Source: a virus
Taxonomy: Duplodnaviria; Caudoviricetes
IMG/VR virus record: IMGVR_UViG_3300037566_000018
Location: 1-40,860 of that record
DNA length: 40,860 bases
Strand: one strand, 5' to 3'
Part shown: positions 36,934 to 40,860 of the stretch, one piece after another
How positions within the stretch are numbered: position 1 is the stretch's first letter
Layout: every line of letters begins with the position of its first letter
Notes under the pieces: generated by a model
Databases searched by the model: none
The model's input: the letters and a program-made list of their open reading frames with translations, nothing else
Told to the model about the DNA's origin: nothing
Translations under genes and position numbers: made by a program

Positions 36934-37593
36934 ATGACTACTTATTTACCCACTAGTTATAATAATTTAAAAGCGATAATCCAAGAAATTGCAGAAGATA
37001 CTTCTCAAGAATTTGTTGATTATATACCTACAGCTATATATTTAGCCGAAGAACGTTTATTTCGTTTAGTGGACCATGATTTTACAAAAGAAGATACGAG
37101 TAAAACTTTAACGGTAAATAATAAGACGATAACAAAACCTACAGACCATAGAGTAACAAAAAATTTATATATAACAGTTGGCGGAGAATTAGTCAGGCTT
37201 ATACGTAAAAGTGAATCTTTTATAAGAGATTATTGGCCTTCAACTACGGCTACAGGAGTGCCTAAATATTATGGGAATAAAAATGATACACAATGGACAG
37301 TGGCTCCAACTGCCGACGGAAGCTATAATGTTACTATTGATTATGAGGCTCAACCAACAGCTTTAAGTTCTAGTAACCAAACAAATATATTTATAACGAA
37401 GTACCCCGACCTTCTTTTATACGCATCTTTAAGTGCGGCAGCAGAATGGATGAGAGATTCAGAATTTAAAGCCGAATGGGAAAATAAGCTTCAAGAAGCT
37501 CTCGGCTCGACCAATATAGAAGGAGTACGAGATAGACGGGATGATAATGCTCACGTCTATAATCCTGAAGGGGGTCTTAATACGAAAGGTTAA
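36934..37593 (+). CDS. Second adaptor/tail tubular protein
   Basis: Y..LK..IQ, I.LAE.R, G.PKYY, APT.D..Y, PDLLLYASL. Confidence 0.75.
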   Translation: MTTYLPTSYNNLKAIIQEIAEDTSQEFVDYIPTAIYLAEERLFRLVDHDFTKEDTSKTLTVNNKTITKPTDHRVTKNLYITVGGELVRLIRKSESFIRDYWPSTTATGVPKYYGNKNDTQWTVAPTADGSYNVTIDYEAQPTALSSSNQTNIFITKYPDLLLYASLSAAAEWMRDSEFKAEWENKLQEALGSTNIEGVRDRRDDNAHVYNPEGGLNTKG

Positions 37594-37598
37594 ATAAA

Positions 37599-38648
37599 AT
37601 GGCAACAAGTTATAGTAATTTATTAAGGTTAGCAAAACAAGCAACAGGTGAAAATAATAACACTTGGGGAGATATATTGAATGAAAATACTATCGAGCTT
37701 ATAGAAGAAGCAATTGCTGGTGTAGAAGAGGTTTCTGTTACAGCAGGGAATGTTACCTTAACAACTAATAATGGAACCGCTGACCAATCTCGTGCTGCTG
37801 TACTTAAATTTACTGGAAGCCCCGGAACTTCAAGAAATGTGACCATTCCTACTGTTAATAAGGTTTATATGGTCCACAACGCTACTTCAGATGCGAGCAA
37901 TGTAGTTGTTACTACGGGAAGTGGACAAACATTAACATTAACTGATGGGCAAGTAAGTATTTTATATTGTGACGGTACTGAAGTACACCCCCTACCTTTT
38001 CTTGATTTAAATAATAATTTATCAGATTTAGAAGATGCTGAAACTGCCAGAACTAATCTAGGTCTTGGGCCTATTGCTGCTTTTTCAGGTAGCACAGAAG
38101 ATTCATTAGTTTCTTTCAATTCAAGTAACGAGCCTGTGGCTTTAACTCCTAGTGGGTCATTAGTTATTGATGCTGATGCAGGAACCGCTACTGTTACCGT
38201 AAGTGATGCTGATGAAACAACAAAAGGTATTGTAGAATTAGCAACTGTGGCAGAAGCTCAGGCGGGTACTGATACAGAAAGAGCGGTTACTCCAGCAGGT
38301 GTAGCTGCTGCAACAGGTTGGGCGTACGACAGTGGGTATTCTTCTTTTTCAACAAACAGTACAAAAACATATACTCACGGACTTGGCACTACTCCTATAG
38401 ATTGGAAAGTTTATCTGAAATGTATATCCACAGATAATGAATACAGCGTGGGTGAAATTATTGAGGCCCCTTCCGCTTATTTTCGTTCAGATGAAAGTAA
38501 TTCCTATATCCAAACTACTACTGTTGTAGATGATACAAATATAGATGTAAATATTGGTAACAGTATCGTAACTATTAGGCCCGGCGGTTCTGGTGGTGGT
38601 CGAACTTTAACGGTCTCTAAATGGAATATAAAAGTAGTGGCAAAGTAA
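37599..38648 (+). CDS. Tail fibre/tail-associated protein
   Basis: YS..L.L...TGE...TWG...N; ARTNLGL; A.ETTKGIVELAT.AE..GTD..RAVTP. Confidence 0.75.
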   Translation: MATSYSNLLRLAKQATGENNNTWGDILNENTIELIEEAIAGVEEVSVTAGNVTLTTNNGTADQSRAAVLKFTGSPGTSRNVTIPTVNKVYMVHNATSDASNVVVTTGSGQTLTLTDGQVSILYCDGTEVHPLPFLDLNNNLSDLEDAETARTNLGLGPIAAFSGSTEDSLVSFNSSNEPVALTPSGSLVIDADAGTATVTVSDADETTKGIVELATVAEAQAGTDTERAVTPAGVAAATGWAYDSGYSSFSTNSTKTYTHGLGTTPIDWKVYLKCISTDNEYSVGEIIEAPSAYFRSDESNSYIQTTTVVDDTNIDVNIGNSIVTIRPGGSGGGRTLTVSKWNIKVVAK

Positions 38649-38661
38649 GTGGGGAAATGAT

Positions 38662-40473
38662 ATGACTGCAAAAAGTTCACGATTAGTTCCAGTGCAGATT
38701 CAGCCCGGTATTTTTAAAAATGCTACGGCCATTGAATCCGGTAATGTCCCTTTTTATGTCGATGGGGATAAAGTTCGTTTTCGTGAATTAAAGCCACAAA
38801 AACTTGGTGGTTGGGTTAGTGAAATCAATTCAAATTCCCCTAAAGGATGTATTCGTTCTATGCATACTTGGCAAGCATTAGACACAACTCTTTATTTGGC
38901 TGCGGCTTCTAATAATCATTTTTATGTACGAGAAGGTGGTACTTATTTTGATATAACTCCTATTCGTGCTACGTCAAATTTGACAGACCCAATTACTACA
39001 ACAAGCGGTTCTGCTTCTGTATCTATAGAAGATACTCTTCATAGTGCATCGGTAGGAGATTTTATTGAATTTGATTCCGACGTTACTTATAATGGAATTA
39101 CGTTTTCTGGTGAATATGAAGTTCAATCAGTAACCGATGCAGATAATTACGTAATAACTGCGTCTAGTAATGCTACCGCTTCTGGCACAGGTGGTGGCTC
39201 AGTAGATATTAATTATCTTTTAGAGAGTGGTCTATGTGACTCAGGTAATAGCGGTTATGGCTACGGTACAGGTTTATGGTCCGATTCCACATGGGGGACC
39301 CCTAGAACAGAAGGTGTTATAGCTGATGCCCGAATTACTTCTTTAGAGAATTGGGGCGAAGATTTACTTATACTACCTTCCGGCGGGGCACTTTATTATT
39401 GGGATACTTCCGCAGGTACTTCAACACGAGCTACGGAAGTTACAGATGCCCCAGACCAATCTAATTGGATGATTGTCTCCGGGTATTTCAGGCAATGTAT
39501 TTTATTTGGTACTAAAGATGTTAGTGGTACATTTGACCCCCTTTTAATTCGTTGGTCTGATAATGAAGATTATACGGAATTTGACCCAACTGCCCCCGGT
39601 TCTAATTCGGGTGAGTTTAGGCTGACTCGAGGCACTAAGATTATCAGTGCTGTTGAAACACGTAATGGTGAGATACTTGTTTTTACGGACAAAGCAGTAT
39701 ATCGTATGCGCCCCAGAAATGATGACCTTGTTTATGAAGTTACTCTTGTATCAGATACCTCAGGTATTATATCCCCAAAAGCGGTAACTGATGTAGATGG
39801 CCGAGTATTTTGGTTAAGCGAGGAAGGGTTTAGGATGTATGATGGAGTTGTACGTATTCTCCCTTCTACATTAGATTTATTTTATTTTGATTCAAATGAA
39901 GACGGTTACTTTAATGAAGAACAGAAAATTAAATGTTTCATTGGCCGTAATAGAGAATTTGATGAGATATGGTATTTTTTACCAGATAAAAATAGTACAG
40001 AAATAAATAGATATATTATATATAATTATAAAGATAATGTTTGGTATGATGGTACTTTAGAACGAACGGCATGGGAAGATGCGTTTGTTTATGATAAGCC
40101 TTATGCATTTGATTCTTCCGGTATATTATATGCACATGAAGACACCCATAATAACGACGGTATGCCAATCGATTCGTATATTAAAACTGGATTTTTTAAG
40201 ATAGATGATACTGGTAATGATATGATGTTAGTCGATAGATTTATTTTAGATGGTGATTTTGTTAGCCCAATGACTTTAGATTTAGAATATAAAAAGTTTC
40301 CTAATACAACAGAAACTTTCTCTAAATCATATTCTTATAATCCAACAACTGCTCAAGTATTTGTAAGAGCTCGGGGACGTTATATCAATTTTCAGTTAAG
40401 AAGTAATACTGTTAATGGAAATTATAGATTAGGAGAAATCTTGGCATCTATACAACAAAGTGGGAGACGATAA
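38662..40473 (+). CDS. Tail hub/nozzle (P22 gp10/T7 gp12-like) protein
   Basis: D.DKVRFR..PQK.GGW, WG..R, NWGEDL, IRWSD.E, EIWYF.P, RARGR. Confidence 0.75.
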   Translation: MTAKSSRLVPVQIQPGIFKNATAIESGNVPFYVDGDKVRFRELKPQKLGGWVSEINSNSPKGCIRSMHTWQALDTTLYLAAASNNHFYVREGGTYFDITPIRATSNLTDPITTTSGSASVSIEDTLHSASVGDFIEFDSDVTYNGITFSGEYEVQSVTDADNYVITASSNATASGTGGGSVDINYLLESGLCDSGNSGYGYGTGLWSDSTWGTPRTEGVIADARITSLENWGEDLLILPSGGALYYWDTSAGTSTRATEVTDAPDQSNWMIVSGYFRQCILFGTKDVSGTFDPLLIRWSDNEDYTEFDPTAPGSNSGEFRLTRGTKIISAVETRNGEILVFTDKAVYRMRPRNDDLVYEVTLVSDTSGIISPKAVTDVDGRVFWLSEEGFRMYDGVVRILPSTLDLFYFDSNEDGYFNEEQKIKCFIGRNREFDEIWYFLPDKNSTEINRYIIYNYKDNVWYDGTLERTAWEDAFVYDKPYAFDSSGILYAHEDTHNNDGMPIDSYIKTGFFKIDDTGNDMMLVDRFILDGDFVSPMTLDLEYKKFPNTTETFSKSYSYNPTTAQVFVRARGRYINFQLRSNTVNGNYRLGEILASIQQSGRR

Positions 40474-40766
40474 TGCCAGTAAATAGACTGCCTTTATTAA
40501 ACTTAACCCAACCGCCTTTAGAATTTAAAACTTTAGAGGAAGTAAATCGTTATCTTATTGAACTTCACCGGGATATCGAAAATCAACATACAAATATTGA
40601 TACGGTTATCAGTCTTAATTATGTTGACACTTCTACGGATTTAGTTTTTGGTGGTGATATTGAAGTGGATGATTCAGATGATGGTTTAATATTAGAAAGT
40701 CCAGACGGTACGAGATGGCGAGTACAAGTAGATAATTCCGGTAATTTAACTACTACAAGCTTATAA
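40473..40766 (+). CDS. Small virion protein
   Basis: LILESPDGTRW...VDNSG.L.T motif. Confidence 0.6.
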   Translation: MPVNRLPLLNLTQPPLEFKTLEEVNRYLIELHRDIENQHTNIDTVISLNYVDTSTDLVFGGDIEVDDSDDGLILESPDGTRWRVQVDNSGNLTTTSL

Positions 40767-40777
40767 TCTTGATAATA

Positions 40778-40786
40778 TGATATAAT
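40778..40786 (+). promoter_or_regulatory. Extended -10 promoter TGATATAAT
   Basis: Upstream of the ORF starting at 40813. Confidence 0.5.
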
Positions 40787-40812
40787 AATTAGTATTTAAA
40801 ATAGGAAAAATA

Positions 40813-40860
40813 ATGAATAAAGACCAAAATCCCCTTCTTTCTTATCTAAACACTATTCAG
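40813..40860 (+). CDS. Start of next gene (truncated by window)
   Basis: AGGA RBS and ATG, MNKDQNPLLSYLNTIQ. Confidence 0.5.
   Translation, partial: MNKDQNPLLSYLNTIQ

Noticed and set aside
21702-38119. Minus-strand ORFs in the structural arm (e.g. 21702-22052, 30479-30835, 31372-31779, 34837-35148)
   Set aside because: Antisense shadows of conserved structural genes
1-40860. Stop-codon reassignment, integrase/prophage boundary, or introns/inteins in terL and capsid
   Set aside because: Genes are intact in the standard code, no integrase or host genes are seen, and core proteins have normal lengths

Overview
The whole window is part of a tailed dsDNA phage genome, probably podovirus-like and AT-rich, with two divergent arms. 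The minus-strand arm (1-19.5 kb) holds densely packed early/accessory genes: an HNH nuclease, a metallophosphoesterase, a T4 Rnl1-like RNA ligase, a P-loop polynucleotide kinase, a stand-alone NAD-ligase Ia-like domain, a gamma-glutamylcyclotransferase, two tandem [amidoligase + class II glutamine amidotransferase] pairs, a probable SAM lyase and many small ORFs. The plus-strand arm (20.2-40.9 kb) is morphogenesis: TerS, TerL, portal, GroEL, GroES-like, scaffold, major capsid, adaptors, tail fibres and a tail hub/nozzle. Notable non-coding signals are a 146-nt tRNA-like RNA with a replaced anticodon arm (1118-1263), a ~370-nt multi-stem RNA region at the head of the early arm (18812-19180), a repeat-rich divergent region and terS-terL spacer (candidate termini/packaging sites), a possible RNA switch over the capsid-operon RBS, and apparent GATC avoidance. 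All calls come from reading motifs by eye; no searches were run.
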